From NCBI GenBank assembly GCA_963743305.1, contig CAVUPH010000039.1, positions 1-64,000 on the forward strand: a DNA stretch of 64,000 nt. Direction: 5' to 3'. Made by a program: the position numbers and the translations under genes. A model generated the notes under the pieces. The model was not told the DNA's origin, searched no databases, and saw only the letters and a list, made by a program, of their open reading frames with translations. Each line of letters starts with the position of its first letter. Within the stretch, counting starts at the first letter, position 1. The stretch comes from an uncultured delta proteobacterium (lineage in GTDB: Bacteria; Desulfobacterota; RBG-13-43-22). Positions 30,931-41,834 of this stretch are shown in pieces.

Positions 30931-32226
30931 CTACTCGAAGCGGACCTCAATCGTCTTGGCATGCAGGGGAAGCCCTTCTTTCCGGGCTAACAGGGTAATC
31001 GTATCCTTCAGCCCTTGAAGGCCTTTACGGCTCAGGTATTGGAAAGTCGGTTTCTTGATAAAATCATCCACTGAGAGCCCGGAAAACATCCGCGCGCATC
31101 CGCCCGTCGGCAAAACATGATTAGTTCCCGAGGCGTAATCGCCCGCCGGGACGGGGGCATAGGCTCCCATGAAGATAGACCCGGCGTGTTTAATCTGGGG
31201 AAGGATGATCCAGGGATCTTCCGTGACGATCTGGAGGTGTTCGGCGGCATAGGCATTGGCAAAATCCACTGCTTCTTTCAGATGGGAAGTGACCAGGATC
31301 GCCGAATGACGGGTCAAGGCCGCCTCGATAATCTCTTTTCTTTCCAACCTCGGTAATTCCGTATTGATCATCCGGCAGATTTCCGCGGCCAGTTTTTCTG
31401 AAGGGGTCACCAGCACCGCCCCGGCATCCGGATCGTGTTCAATTTGAGAGAGAAAATCCCAGACTATCCATTCCGCCTTCGCTGTTTCATCGGCCACGAT
31501 CAGGGCTTCGCTGGGACCGGCCGGCGAGTCAATGTCCACGATCCCAAAAACCGCCATTTTGGCCGCAGTTACATATTTATTTCCCGGCCCGACGATCTTG
31601 TCCACCTTGGGTATGATTCCCGTGCCGTAGGCCAACCCGGCAATCGCCCAGGGGCCGCCGATCTTAAACAAATAATCGGCTCCGGCAATATCGGCGGCCA
31701 CGATGGTTACCGGATCTACCACCTGGCCCTTCTTGGGCGGAGTGCAGGCTACCACGGTCTTCACCCCGGCCACCTTGGCCGGAATGATGTTCATCAGGAC
31801 ACTGGACGGATAGTTGGCCAGACCTCCCGGCACATAGGCCCCTGCCGAATCCAGGGGGCGGGTAACCCTCCCGGCTAAAATACCCTCCCGGATTTCGACC
31901 GCCCACATGTCCCGCTCCAACTGGGCGCGATGAAACTTCTCTATATTTCGGGATGCGGCTTTCAGCGCCTGGACCACTTCCTTCTCAACCTGCTGATAGG
32001 CGGTTTTCACCTCTTCCGGTTGAACTTGCAGATCCTGAAGGGTAATCCGGGCTTTATTTTTTTGATAATGTTTTAAAATGGCCTCATCCCCGTCTCTTTG
32101 GATAGAGTGAACAATGGCCCTGGTCTCCTCGTAAATGCCGGAGATATCCTCCATGGATCGGGTAATGAGAGCGGCCCGGCGTTCGGGATTAAGGTCTTGC
32201 AGTCGTTCCGGTCGAATAAATTCCAT
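30931..32226 (-). CDS. hisD: Histidinol dehydrogenase
   Basis: YVPGG, KIVGPGNKYV, AGPSE, AEHL, GDYASGTNHVLPT. Confidence 0.95.
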   Translation of the reverse strand: MEFIRPERLQDLNPERRAALITRSMEDISGIYEETRAIVHSIQRDGDEAILKHYQKNKARITLQDLQVQPEEVKTAYQQVEKEVVQALKAASRNIEKFHRAQLERDMWAVEIREGILAGRVTRPLDSAGAYVPGGLANYPSSVLMNIIPAKVAGVKTVVACTPPKKGQVVDPVTIVAADIAGADYLFKIGGPWAIAGLAYGTGIIPKVDKIVGPGNKYVTAAKMAVFGIVDIDSPAGPSEALIVADETAKAEWIVWDFLSQIEHDPDAGAVLVTPSEKLAAEICRMINTELPRLERKEIIEAALTRHSAILVTSHLKEAVDFANAYAAEHLQIVTEDPWIILPQIKHAGSIFMGAYAPVPAGDYASGTNHVLPTGGCARMFSGLSVDDFIKKPTFQYLSRKGLQGLKDTITLLARKEGLPLHAKTIEVRFE

Positions 32227-32249
32227 AGATAATTCTTCTCCTTGGGAGT

Positions 32250-32400
32250 TTAGTACGAAAATAGAAAGGCTCGGTGATTATTACGGCTCTCTTAAATCCC
32301 CCTGAATCCCCCTTGGCTAAAGGGGGACTTCAACTCCCCCCTTTGACAAAGGGGGACGGGGGGGGATTTAAATATTTCGCCGGCTATGACCGGGGAACCC
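32250..32400 (+). mobile_element. Asymmetric-end element with CCCCCTT..AAAGGGGG hairpins
   Basis: ttagtacgaaaatagaa start; interior similar to the 11458 copy. Confidence 0.55.
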
Positions 32401-32430
32401 GTTTGGATATAATGAACCCTCGGGAGGTTG

Positions 32431-32976
32431 TCAAGTAGAAAAGCGAGCCAGATAATCCCGCAAGGCATCCCTGGTGCTGGAAAAGGCCAAGTTCTCCCAG
32501 GGAATTTCGGGGGGATGGAATAGTCCGATCTCCAAGGTTTCGTCCCCGGCTTGAGGCGCGCCGGCCAACCATTCGGCTAAATAGGCCACAATAACCACCA
32601 AACTGCCGGGGTAAGAATAAATGTTCAGCAGGGAAGTAAGGCGGACCTCCATCTCGGTTTCTTCCAATGTCTCCCGGATGGCCGCCGATTCCACGGTTTC
32701 ACCCCGGTCCACAAACCCTCCGGGGATGACCCATTGGCCGTAACCGGGCGAGATGGCGCGCCTAACCAGGACAATTCGATCTTCATAGATAGTCACGGTG
32801 CAGGCGGCTATCTTGGGATCCAAATAATAGACAAACCCACAGCGACGGCAGACCAATCGTTCCGGTTCTTTGGGTTTTATCACCCGTTGATCCAAATCGC
32901 CGCCGCATAAGGGGCAAAATCGGTAAGGGGGATGCCCCGGGTGGGGATGGACCATTCGGGGTTCTAAATCGACCAT
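32431..32976 (-). CDS. NUDIX hydrolase with N-terminal zinc ribbon
   Basis: FCPLCG...CRRCG; PGGFVDRGETVESAAIRETLEET. Confidence 0.9.
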   Translation of the reverse strand: MVDLEPRMVHPHPGHPPYRFCPLCGGDLDQRVIKPKEPERLVCRRCGFVYYLDPKIAACTVTIYEDRIVLVRRAISPGYGQWVIPGGFVDRGETVESAAIRETLEETEMEVRLTSLLNIYSYPGSLVVIVAYLAEWLAGAPQAGDETLEIGLFHPPEIPWENLAFSSTRDALRDYLARFST

Positions 32977-33090
32977 ATTCAGCTATTCTACGGCAGACCC
33001 CCGGGGAAATAAAGACTTTTTTCTTGATTCCTGGGGCCATTCCCGTTAAATATAAAAGTTTATGTAAAGGAATTCAGGGAAGGAGCAGTT

Positions 33091-33744
33091 TTGGAAAAAG
33101 AGAAAACCTCGGGGAACGCCCCGTACAAGAAAAAATCAACAATCCGGGAATATGCCGAATCCATTGCCATTGCCATCCTATTGGCCCTGGTGATTCGGGC
33201 CTTTGTGGTCCAGGCCTTTAAAATCCCCTCCGGTTCCATGAAGCCGACCCTTCAAATCGGCGACCATATTCTGGTGAATAAGTTCATCTATGGGGTCAAG
33301 CTGCGTATTCCCTTTACCTCCCTCAACTATACCCTGATCCCGATCCGCCAACCCCAACGCAATGACGTCATTGTTTTTATTTACCCGATTGATCCTAGCA
33401 AGGACTTTATTAAACGGGTAGTCGGGCTTCCCGGGGATACGGTTCAGGTGTCTGATAAGAAGGTTTTTATCAATAATCAACCCTTTGAGGATGTTCATGG
33501 TTTCCACAGCGACCAGAATGTGATTCCTTATTTTGAGCAGCCCCGAGATTTCCTGGGTCCCATCAAAGTTCCCCCCAACAAACTGTTTGTTATGGGGGAC
33601 AACCGCGACGAAAGCTATGACAGCCGTTATTGGGGCTTCGTGGACCAAAAAGCCATTATCGGCCAGGCCTTTATTATTTACTGGTCCTGGGACCGGCTCA
33701 ATTTCGGCGTCCGCTGGAACCGCCTGGGGCGCCTGATAAAATAA
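33091..33744 (+). CDS. lepB: Signal peptidase I
   Basis: IPSGSMKPTL, FIKRVVGLPGD, GDNRDESYDSR. Confidence 0.95.
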   Translation: MEKEKTSGNAPYKKKSTIREYAESIAIAILLALVIRAFVVQAFKIPSGSMKPTLQIGDHILVNKFIYGVKLRIPFTSLNYTLIPIRQPQRNDVIVFIYPIDPSKDFIKRVVGLPGDTVQVSDKKVFINNQPFEDVHGFHSDQNVIPYFEQPRDFLGPIKVPPNKLFVMGDNRDESYDSRYWGFVDQKAIIGQAFIIYWSWDRLNFGVRWNRLGRLIK

Positions 33745-33941
33745 AGGTTCCTCTCCCCAGGCCATCCGGACCCCGAATTCGGACCTAAGACCTTAATTTT
33801 TTTAAAGCAGGCCCAAAACGGCTTGACTATTTTTGATTATTAGTTAATTATTAGATATTTGACCTGATCTGGCTCTTGATGTCCAACTCTCCACCAAAAA
33901 TAGTTGAATTTTTGGTGGAGCTTCTCCGACGCAAAGGAAAT

Positions 33942-34040
33942 ATGATGACCTGGGACATTATCCCGCAACCTTCCACCCCCTCTCCCATCGGGCTTGAGGG
34001 GGTTTTTTTTAACCCCCGGGGGTTCCGCCATGCCTTTTAG
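33942..34040 (+). promoter_or_regulatory. Putative pyrB leader peptide/attenuator
   Basis: RBS aaagga + 32-codon ORF spanning hairpin ccccctc..gaggggg-T8 (33976..34010) and overlapping the pyrB start. Confidence 0.5.
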
Positions 34041-34956
34041 TCGCCACCACCTAACCGGGATGAAAGGGTTAACCCGGGAAGAGATCGAGACCATTCTGAC
34101 TACCGCCGAGTCTCTCAAGGAAATTTCCTTCCGGGACATAAAAAAAGTCCCTACGCTAAGGGGGAAAACGGTAGTCAATTTCTTCCATGAGCCCAGCACG
34201 CGTACGCGGACTTCCTTTGAAATCGCCGCCAAACGGCTAAGCGCCGATACAGTCAGTTTGTCCGCCGGAACAAGTTCTCTGGTCAAAGGCGAAACGTTGA
34301 TTGATACGGCTAAAAACCTGGAAGCTATGGCCCCCGATGTTATCGTGATCCGCCATTCCATGGCCGGTGCGCCGCACCTGCTCTCCCGCTCCGTCAAGGC
34401 CTCCATCATTAACGCCGGGGACGGGATGCATGAACATCCTACCCAGGCCTTACTGGACCTGATGACCATCCGGGAAAAAAAAGGGACGCTCCGGGGTCTT
34501 CAGGTGGCGATTATCGGCGATATCGCCCATAGCCGGGTCGCTCGGTCCAATATCATCGGACTGAAGACCATGGGGGCCAACGTGATGGTCGCCGGCCCTC
34601 CGACCATGATCCCTCCCCACCTCGATGCCTTCGGGGTGGAAGTCAGCTTTCAACTTGAAGAAATCATTCCCCGAGCAGATGTGATCATGATGCTGCGGGT
34701 CCAGTTGGAAAGGCAACAGCAATTGCTATTCCCCTCTTTAAGGGAATATTCCCGTTTTTTTGGGCTCAATCCCGGAAACATGAAAAAGGCGAAAAAGGAT
34801 GTCATCCTCATGCACCCCGGCCCGGTCAACCGGGGGGTGGAACTTCATCCCGATTTGGCCGATGGACCGTTTTCGGTAATACTCGACCAGGTAACCAATG
34901 GGGTGGCTGTTCGGATGGCCATGCTCTACCTGCTTTTGGGAGGTGAGCGGAAGTGA
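34030..34956 (+). CDS. pyrB: Aspartate carbamoyltransferase
   Basis: [31 protein letters not shown]. Confidence 0.97.
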   Translation: MPFSRHHLTGMKGLTREEIETILTTAESLKEISFRDIKKVPTLRGKTVVNFFHEPSTRTRTSFEIAAKRLSADTVSLSAGTSSLVKGETLIDTAKNLEAMAPDVIVIRHSMAGAPHLLSRSVKASIINAGDGMHEHPTQALLDLMTIREKKGTLRGLQVAIIGDIAHSRVARSNIIGLKTMGANVMVAGPPTMIPPHLDAFGVEVSFQLEEIIPRADVIMMLRVQLERQQQLLFPSLREYSRFFGLNPGNMKKAKKDVILMHPGPVNRGVELHPDLADGPFSVILDQVTNGVAVRMAMLYLLLGGERK

Positions 34957-36269
34957 AATATTTGATCAGGGGGGGGCGTCTCATCGATCCAGCCAATCAG
35001 ATGGACGACCTCATTGATATCTACATTCATAATGGAAAAATTCAGGACTTGCAACCCGCCGCCCCCAAGAGGACCGACAGAGAGCTGACTGATTATAGGA
35101 TCATCCCGGCCGAGGGGCTGGTGGTGACTCCCGGCCTGATCGATATGCATACCCATTTGCGGGAACCTGGCCAGGAATATAAAGAAACCATACTCACCGG
35201 CGCCCGGGCCGCCGTGGCGGGAGGCTTTGCCGCCGTGGCCTGCATGCCGAACACCCAGCCGGTAAATGACCAGCGTTCGGTTTGTGAATATATAGTGAGC
35301 AAGGCCAGAGAAGCCCGATTGGCTAAAATCTTTCCGGTAGGGGCCATCAGCATCGGTCTCCGCGGGGAGGCGCTGGCGGAGTATGGGGACCTCAAGGAAG
35401 GCGGAGCGGTGGCCCTTTCCGATGACGGCCGGCCGGTCATGAACGGCCAGTTGATGCGGCGGGCCATGGAATACGCCAAAGCCTTCCGTCTGCCCATCAT
35501 TTCCCATTGTGAAGACCTCCATTTAAGCCAATCCGGTGTTATGAACGAAGGACCGACCTCCACCTGGCTGGGGCTAAGGGGTATTCCGGCCGCGGCGGAG
35601 GAGACCATGGTCCAGCGGGACATCTTGCTCTGCCAGCTTACCGGCCATCCGTTGCATATTGCCCATGTAAGCACCGCCGGATCCGTTCAATTCATTCGAG
35701 AAGCCAAAAAAAAAGGGCTCCCGGTTACCGCAGAAACGGCCCCTCATTATTTCACTCTGACGGAAGAGACCTTAGTCGGTTTCGACACCCTGGCCAAGGT
35801 CAATCCCCCTTTGCGAAGCCGCGAGGATCTTCAGGCCATACAAAAGGGGTTGAAAGACGGAACTCTTGACGTCATCGCCTCCGACCACGCCCCTCACAGC
35901 TCGTTGGAGAAAGAGGTCGAATTTGAGCAGGCCTTAAGCGGCCTCGTCGGCCTGGAAACCGCCCTGCCCCTGACGCTGCAGTTGGTGCACAAGGGGCTCT
36001 TAACACTGCCCCAGGCTATCGCCAAGTTCACCACCGGACCGGCACGGGCATTGAATCTGGAAGGATGGGGGCAGCTCCAGCGGAATGGCCCCGCCCACTT
36101 GACGATATTGGATCCTACCTTGGAATTTCAGGTCGATGTCCAACAATTCCGGTCAAAGAGCAGGAATTCCCCCTTCAACGGCTTTGAATTGAAGGGCAAG
36201 GCCCTTTTAACCATGGTAGAAGGTCGAATCGTCCACAATCTGTTGTTCCAAACCATTGAGGGCTTATGA
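34953..36269 (+). CDS. pyrC: Dihydroorotase
   Basis: [27 protein letters not shown]. Confidence 0.95.
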   Translation: MKYLIRGGRLIDPANQMDDLIDIYIHNGKIQDLQPAAPKRTDRELTDYRIIPAEGLVVTPGLIDMHTHLREPGQEYKETILTGARAAVAGGFAAVACMPNTQPVNDQRSVCEYIVSKAREARLAKIFPVGAISIGLRGEALAEYGDLKEGGAVALSDDGRPVMNGQLMRRAMEYAKAFRLPIISHCEDLHLSQSGVMNEGPTSTWLGLRGIPAAAEETMVQRDILLCQLTGHPLHIAHVSTAGSVQFIREAKKKGLPVTAETAPHYFTLTEETLVGFDTLAKVNPPLRSREDLQAIQKGLKDGTLDVIASDHAPHSSLEKEVEFEQALSGLVGLETALPLTLQLVHKGLLTLPQAIAKFTTGPARALNLEGWGQLQRNGPAHLTILDPTLEFQVDVQQFRSKSRNSPFNGFELKGKALLTMVEGRIVHNLLFQTIEGL

Positions 36270-37642
36270 AATCCATACTGGTTGTCGACGATGAGGCCAG
36301 CATCCGGGAAATGCTGGAGATCATGCTGGCCAAAGAGGGATACCAGGTTACCACGGCCGCCAGCGGAACCGAGGCCCTGCAAAGCTTCAAAAAATACCCC
36401 GCCGCAGTGGTCCTGACGGACATCCGGATGCGGCCCCTCGACGGGTTGGCCCTGTTAAAAGAAATAAAGAACCTCCACCCCCGGACGGAAGTGATCATGA
36501 TCTCCGCTTTTGCCGATACGGAAACCGCTGTGGAGGCCATGAACGAAGGGGCCTACGACTACTTCCCGAAACCCTTTGATATCGTCGAGCTGAAAACGGT
36601 TATCCATAGCGCCTTTTCCAAGTATGAGGGGCAGCCCGAACAGCCGACACCGGCCGGGACGCCCCTTCAATACCAGACCAAGCCCCTGATCGGTCATAGT
36701 CCTCAGATAAAGCGGGTGTCCGAATTGATTCAGCGCTCCTCCCAGGTAGTCAGCAACGTCCTGATCACCGGGGAAAGCGGCACCGGCAAGGAGTTGGTAG
36801 CCCACTTGATCCACGAAAACAGCCAGCGCCGCGAATTTCCTTTTGTCACCGTTTCTTGCGCCGGGATCCCGGAAACCTTGATCGAAAGTGAACTTTTCGG
36901 TTATCGCAAAGGGGCTTTTACCGGGGCCCAGACCAACAAAATCGGATTGGTGGAAACAGCCCAACGGGGGACCCTTTTCCTGGACGAAATCGGGGAACTT
37001 TCACCCACCATGCAGGTGAAACTATTACGCCTTCTCCAGGAAAAAAGCTTCACTCCCCTGGGCGGAACCGATGAGCGCTTGGTGGATATCCGTTTTATTT
37101 TGGCCACCAATAGAAACCTGGAAAAGGAGGTTATGGAAGGACGTTTTCGGGAAGATCTCTTTTACCGGATCAACGTGGTTTCCATCCAGCTCCCTTCGCT
37201 TCGCGAAAGGCCGGAAGATATTCCCCTCCTGGCCCACCAGTTTCTGGAAAACTATTCCCGCTCCTTAGGTAAAAAGATCAATAAAATCTCCTCCTATGCC
37301 CTGAAAGTCTTAAGTCAGTATCCCTTCCCCGGAAACGTCCGGGAACTGGAGAATATTATCGAAAGGTCGGTGGCCATGGAACGTTCCACTATCGTCCTTC
37401 CGGAAAGCCTGGCTCTGGCCACTTTCAAAGGAGTGATCGCCTCCACCGGGGAACTCCCGCAGATCACTCTGCCGGGGGAAGGCCTGGATCTCGATCAAAC
37501 CATGGATAAAATAGAAAAAAATCTTATTATCCAAGCCTTAAAGCGGGCACTGGGCAATAAGCAGCGGACTGCCAATCTATTGAAAATCAACCTTCGCTCG
37601 CTGCGCTACCGAATGATCAAACACGGATTGGAACAGGAATAA
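36266..37642 (+). CDS. Sigma54-dependent response regulator (PilR/NtrC family)
   Basis: REC domain, GESGTGKE, GAFTGA, FPGNVREL, HTH ending RSLRYR (PilR-like). Confidence 0.9.
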   Translation: MKSILVVDDEASIREMLEIMLAKEGYQVTTAASGTEALQSFKKYPAAVVLTDIRMRPLDGLALLKEIKNLHPRTEVIMISAFADTETAVEAMNEGAYDYFPKPFDIVELKTVIHSAFSKYEGQPEQPTPAGTPLQYQTKPLIGHSPQIKRVSELIQRSSQVVSNVLITGESGTGKELVAHLIHENSQRREFPFVTVSCAGIPETLIESELFGYRKGAFTGAQTNKIGLVETAQRGTLFLDEIGELSPTMQVKLLRLLQEKSFTPLGGTDERLVDIRFILATNRNLEKEVMEGRFREDLFYRINVVSIQLPSLRERPEDIPLLAHQFLENYSRSLGKKINKISSYALKVLSQYPFPGNVRELENIIERSVAMERSTIVLPESLALATFKGVIASTGELPQITLPGEGLDLDQTMDKIEKNLIIQALKRALGNKQRTANLLKINLRSLRYRMIKHGLEQE

Positions 37643-37645
37643 ATA

Positions 37646-38213
37646 TTGGAATCATTCATCAAAAAATATAAGCGCTCGATTACTATCCTCCTCCTCGTCG
37701 GACTGGCCTTCGGACTGGGACTTACCTGGCGCTGGCTGGAGGGGACCCCCCAATACGCCTTATATCGGATTGGGGCCAGTTTAAAAAACCGCGATTCTGA
37801 AACCTTTTTATTGTATATTGATCTGGATAGCATTCTTAAGCAACAGGTGGCTGATTCTTTTTCCACGCTGTTCAAATCCTCCAATTCAGACAGCCCCCTG
37901 GGAAAGTTATTAGGGCCCCTGGGGGAGGTTAGTATCACCTTGATACCCGGGAGTCCAGAGCGGGTTGTCCGCTCTGGCTCGGCAGGAACTGGAAAATTAT
38001 CTAAAAAACCCGAATAACCCCACCCTGCCCTCGGCTTTTTTGCTGCTTTCCGCAGCTCAATTCACTACCCGGGATGACCTCTCGTTAGTAACCTTGAAAA
38101 TGGAGGGTGATCAGCTTCGGATGGCCATGCGCAAGACCGGCGGGACTTGGCGGGTGATTGAATTTAATCCCGAGGATACCCAGCGGTTGATCAGGAAGTA
38201 TCTACTTCATTGA
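37646..38213 (+). CDS. Membrane-anchored hypothetical protein (DUF2939-like), frameshift near 37960
   Basis: TM helix then TPQYAL...RD.ETFLLYID; continues in 37965..38213. Confidence 0.6.
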
Positions 38214-38262
38214 GTCCGAACGTAAAGCCGGCCCTTATTCCTTCGTAACCCTCTATTCTAAG

Positions 38263-38982
38263 ATGCGACCTCTTGCCGAATATATAGAGAATCCTCAGGC
38301 GATCATTGCTTTTCTGGAAAAATTACGTAAATCCATCATCCAGATGGCGGTCGTCGTCCTAGGCTTCTCTCTGATCGGGTACGTGTTTTCTAAGGATATC
38401 CTGTCCTTTCTCCAGCGGCACACCGGGGTGACCCTGGCTTACTATGCCCTATCCGAGACTTTTTTCGCACTGTTGAGTATCGCCCTGGCCGTCAGCCTGG
38501 CGGTCAGCACGCCCTTTATTCTCTTTAAGGTCTTGTCCGCCCTGCACTCCACCTTCGACAATTTCACCAGGACCATGATGTTCAGCTTCTGGCTGGGCTC
38601 GGTTTTATTATTTTACCTGGGCGCATCTTTTTGCCTTTGGATTACCTTGCCCTACGGGACTAAATTTCTCTTGGGTTTTCAAAACCAAAACCTGGAAGCC
38701 ATCATCTCGGTTCAAAAATTTATCTCTTTCTGCCTCACTTTTATCTTCGGCTTCGGAGTCATGTTTGAGTTGCCCTTGGTCATGATCCTCTTGGGCCGAG
38801 TCGGATTAGTCAAACGGTCGGTCTTTACCCGCTACCGAAGCTATGCGGTCCTAATCATCGCCATCATTTCGGCCGTTTTAACCCCCACGCCGGATGCCTT
38901 CAACATGATGCTGATGGCCGTCCCATTGTATATCCTTTTTGAAATCGGGATTATCGGCATGAGGATCTGGGAGAGAAGTTGA
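38263..38982 (+). CDS. tatC: Twin-arginine translocase subunit
   Basis: LEKLR, FGVMFELP, AVLTPTPD, LYILFEI. Confidence 0.9.
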   Translation: MRPLAEYIENPQAIIAFLEKLRKSIIQMAVVVLGFSLIGYVFSKDILSFLQRHTGVTLAYYALSETFFALLSIALAVSLAVSTPFILFKVLSALHSTFDNFTRTMMFSFWLGSVLLFYLGASFCLWITLPYGTKFLLGFQNQNLEAIISVQKFISFCLTFIFGFGVMFELPLVMILLGRVGLVKRSVFTRYRSYAVLIIAIISAVLTPTPDAFNMMLMAVPLYILFEIGIIGMRIWERS

Positions 38983-39016
38983 CAGGCAGGCCGGCAATAT
39001 GGTAAACAATCAATAT

Positions 39017-39104
39017 GGAGGGATGGCCGAGGGGTTTAAGGCGGCGGTCTTGAAAACCGCTTTCCTTCCGGGGAACGGGGGTTCGAATCCCTCTCCCTCC
39101 GCCA
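39017..39104 (+). tRNA. tRNA-Ser (UGA)
   Basis: GGAGGGA/TCCCTCC acceptor, CTTGAAA loop, long variable arm, GTTCGAATCC, CCA. Confidence 0.95.
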
Positions 39105-39206
39105 TTCGCGCCGGTATCACCCCCCCTTCATGCCCAGGGCGGGCACCCGCGAAGCATGAAAATAAGGGAAGTGGAGGCTTTGGCTTAAGCACTAACTATT
39201 ACTAAA

Positions 39207-39299
39207 GGAGAGATGACCGAGTCGGCTGAAGGTGCTCGCCTGCTAAGCGAGTGTAGGGGGAAACCTCTACCGAGGGTTCGAATCCCTCTCTCTCCGCCA
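39207..39299 (+). tRNA. tRNA-Ser (GCU)
   Basis: GGAGAGA/TCTCTCC acceptor, CTGCTAA loop, long variable arm, CCA. Confidence 0.95.
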
Positions 39300-39398
39300 T
39301 CCTTAACTTCCAAAATTTCCAACGATCGCCAATCCTCCGCATATCAAGAAACCATTCTGGCAGTTCTGGCTGAGTCCTAACGGAATCGCCAGGGGTCC

Positions 39399-39575
39399 GT
39401 CAGGATTGACGGTTTCGCAAAAAGTCGCCAGGGCTGTCATTGCGAGGAGTGAAACGACGAAGCAATCCCCAAGAATCAGCTAGTTACCATGGTGGGGATT
39501 GCTTCCCCCGGATCAAGTCCGGGGTCGCAATGACAGGTTTTTGGACTTTTTGCGAGGTTGTCAGGATTGACGGTT
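39399..39575. repeat. REP palindrome in MITE-like ends, flanked by a 16-bp direct repeat
   Basis: gtcaggattgacggtt at 39399 and 39560; REP at 39436..39534. Confidence 0.75.
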
Positions 39576-39586
39576 GATCGTTTTTT

Positions 39587-40282
39587 TTACTTGAGGCTTT
39601 TTACTTTTTCCCGGCAGGCTTGCAGGTAAGATTGCAGTTTAGGTGGGTGGGGAGTCTGGGGATATTTATTAATAATACCCTCGAAACGTCCCAAGGCGGC
39701 CCGATAATCACCCTTTTTCAGGTAGAATTCCCCTATATAAAATTCATGGGCCACAATATTCTTTTGGGCCTCCTCTCGGTTAATCTTGGCCTGGGTGACA
39801 TATTCACTTTGCGCATGGTTTTTGATGAAGCGGTCAAATTCCTGAACGGCTAAGAGGGCCTTTGATTGGTCCCGGTCAATAGTGGGCATCTGTTTAAAAT
39901 AGCTCATGCCCTGCATGAAGACCACATAGGCGATCACCTCGTTGGTGGGATGCATCCTTTCAAATTCCTTGTAACTGGTGGCCGCCAATTCGTAGTCCTT
40001 GTTCAGATAGTAGCTGTCCGCCAATTTCAATTCAGAGAGAACGGCGTATTGACTATAGGGAAACCGGTCTTTTATTTTTTGAAAGGCTTCGGTCGCCCGC
40101 TCGTATTTTTTCAACTGATAGGCATCCAGTCCTTCTTGGATCAAGGCATCCGCGCTCTGCTCGGTTTCATCCTTGGTGGAACTGGAAAACCAGCCGCACC
40201 CTCCGGCCGACAAAAGAAAAAAACCAACCGCCAGTAAAATGAATCCGCGCCTTCCGCCAAAATAAAAAAGACTCTTTTTCAT
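39587..40282 (-). CDS. bamD: Outer membrane assembly lipoprotein
   Basis: Lipobox AGGC, FPYS.YA, HPTN, DRDQS, HEFYIGEFY. Confidence 0.9.
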   Translation of the reverse strand: MKKSLFYFGGRRGFILLAVGFFLLSAGGCGWFSSSTKDETEQSADALIQEGLDAYQLKKYERATEAFQKIKDRFPYSQYAVLSELKLADSYYLNKDYELAATSYKEFERMHPTNEVIAYVVFMQGMSYFKQMPTIDRDQSKALLAVQEFDRFIKNHAQSEYVTQAKINREEAQKNIVAHEFYIGEFYLKKGDYRAALGRFEGIINKYPQTPHPPKLQSYLQACREKVKSLK

Positions 40283-41190
40283 AAGGAACTCAGATAGTTT
40301 TCTACCGCCAGAACCGCCGTGGCCGCATCGCCTACCGCCGTGGAAATCTGCCGAACTAATTTTTGACGCGCATCCCCGGCGGCAAACACCCCGGGAATGG
40401 ACGTGGCCATAGTCTGATCGGTTGGAATAAACCCTTGGGAATCCAAAGAGATCTCCCCCCGCAACCAATGGGTATTCGGTTGAATCCCCACATAAATGAA
40501 CGTCCCCTGTACCTTTAGCGTTCGACCGCCGGAACCATCCGCATTCTTGATACGCAGGGCCTCCACCTGATCCACCCCTTCGATCGATTCCACCACGTTT
40601 TTCCAGATAGGTTCAATCTTGGGATTGGTCAGGGCCTTTTCCTGCAAGACCCGGATGGCCCGCAGTTGGTCGCGCCGATGAATCAAATAGACCTTGGTGG
40701 CGAAGCGAGTCAAATAGGCGGCTTCCTGAACGGCGCTGTCGCCTCCCCCGACTACGGCGATTTCCTGGCCCTGATAAAAAGGCCCGTCACAGGTGGCGCA
40801 ATAGGAAACCCCCCGGCCGGTCAGCCGCTCCTCCCCGGGGACCCCCAGCCGCTTGTGCATGGCCCCGGAGGCGATAATTACGGACTGGGCCTGATAGTTT
40901 TGCTGGGCCCCTTGAATGATTTTTTCCGGGCGGCTGAAATCGACCCTGGTGACTTCATCGGAAACGATCGAGAGGCCGAAACGTTCAGCCTGTTGCCGCA
41001 TGCGGTCCACCAAGTCAAAACCGGAAATGCCTTCCGGGAAACCGGGGTAATTATCCACCCAATCGGTGGACAAAACCTGCCCGCCGGGGACCAGTTTCTC
41101 GATCATCAAGGTTTTTAACTTGGCCCGACAGGCATAGAGACCGGCGGTCATCCCTGCGGGTCCTCCACCAATAATAATAACCTCGTGCAT
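40279..41190 (-). CDS. trxB: Thioredoxin reductase
   Basis: GGGPAG, SYCATCDG, GGGDSA, FAAGD. Confidence 0.96.
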   Translation of the reverse strand: MHEVIIIGGGPAGMTAGLYACRAKLKTLMIEKLVPGGQVLSTDWVDNYPGFPEGISGFDLVDRMRQQAERFGLSIVSDEVTRVDFSRPEKIIQGAQQNYQAQSVIIASGAMHKRLGVPGEERLTGRGVSYCATCDGPFYQGQEIAVVGGGDSAVQEAAYLTRFATKVYLIHRRDQLRAIRVLQEKALTNPKIEPIWKNVVESIEGVDQVEALRIKNADGSGGRTLKVQGTFIYVGIQPNTHWLRGEISLDSQGFIPTDQTMATSIPGVFAAGDARQKLVRQISTAVGDAATAVLAVENYLSSL

Positions 41191-41248
41191 CGAAATCCCC
41201 AACCAGGTCAAATTGAAACAGATAAGCGGCTAAACGCCCGGACAGGGG

Positions 41249-41578
41249 CTACAAAACCTTCTTTATGGCAGTCTCCAAGGTCGTTTTGGATACCGCTCCG
41301 GTAATCTGCTCGGCCACGGTACCGTTCTTGAACAGGATCAGCGTGGGGATGGCCCGGATACCGTATTGACCCGGTATTTTCGGATTTTCATCCACATTGC
41401 ATTTCCCGATCTTAATCTGGCCTTCATATTGGCCGGCCAGTTCCTCGACCACTGGCGCAATAGCGCGGCAAGGACCGCACCAAGCCGCCCAGAAATCCAC
41501 CAAAGCGGGAACGGCGGCATCTAATATTTCGATTTTGAAATTTTCATCGGTCACTTCGGTAATGTTCTTATCGGCCAT
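41249..41578 (-). CDS. trxA: Thioredoxin
   Basis: WCGPC. Confidence 0.96.
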   Translation of the reverse strand: MADKNITEVTDENFKIEILDAAVPALVDFWAAWCGPCRAIAPVVEELAGQYEGQIKIGKCNVDENPKIPGQYGIRAIPTLILFKNGTVAEQITGAVSKTTLETAIKKVL

Positions 41579-41601
41579 ACGATCTCCCTCCTTGCCTTTC
41601 T

Positions 41602-41655
41602 AAATTATGTGGACAGTTCAATTGGCGCCCACCAATTGAACTGTCCACATAATTT
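41602..41655. repeat. Perfect 24-bp inverted repeat upstream of trxA
   Basis: aaattatgtggacagttcaattgg-cgccca-ccaattgaactgtccacataattt. Confidence 0.9.
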
Positions 41656-41834
41656 GAGAATGGTAATCCCCTTTCCCCTATTTGTCAATAGTCCCCTTTT
41701 TTCTCTCGAAGAGAATTCGGTTCGGGGTATTCCGCTGGATTAGGGAAAGTTGACAATTCTTGTTGACAAATTTCATGAATATAATATACTTATTTGTTTA
41801 TGTATCTTAAATTCTAGTAAAAGCGTCAAAAAAA

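Noticed and set aside
38999-39205. ORFs over the tRNA-Ser genes (also 52206..52445 over tRNA-Arg)
   Set aside because: Shadow translations of tRNA sequences.
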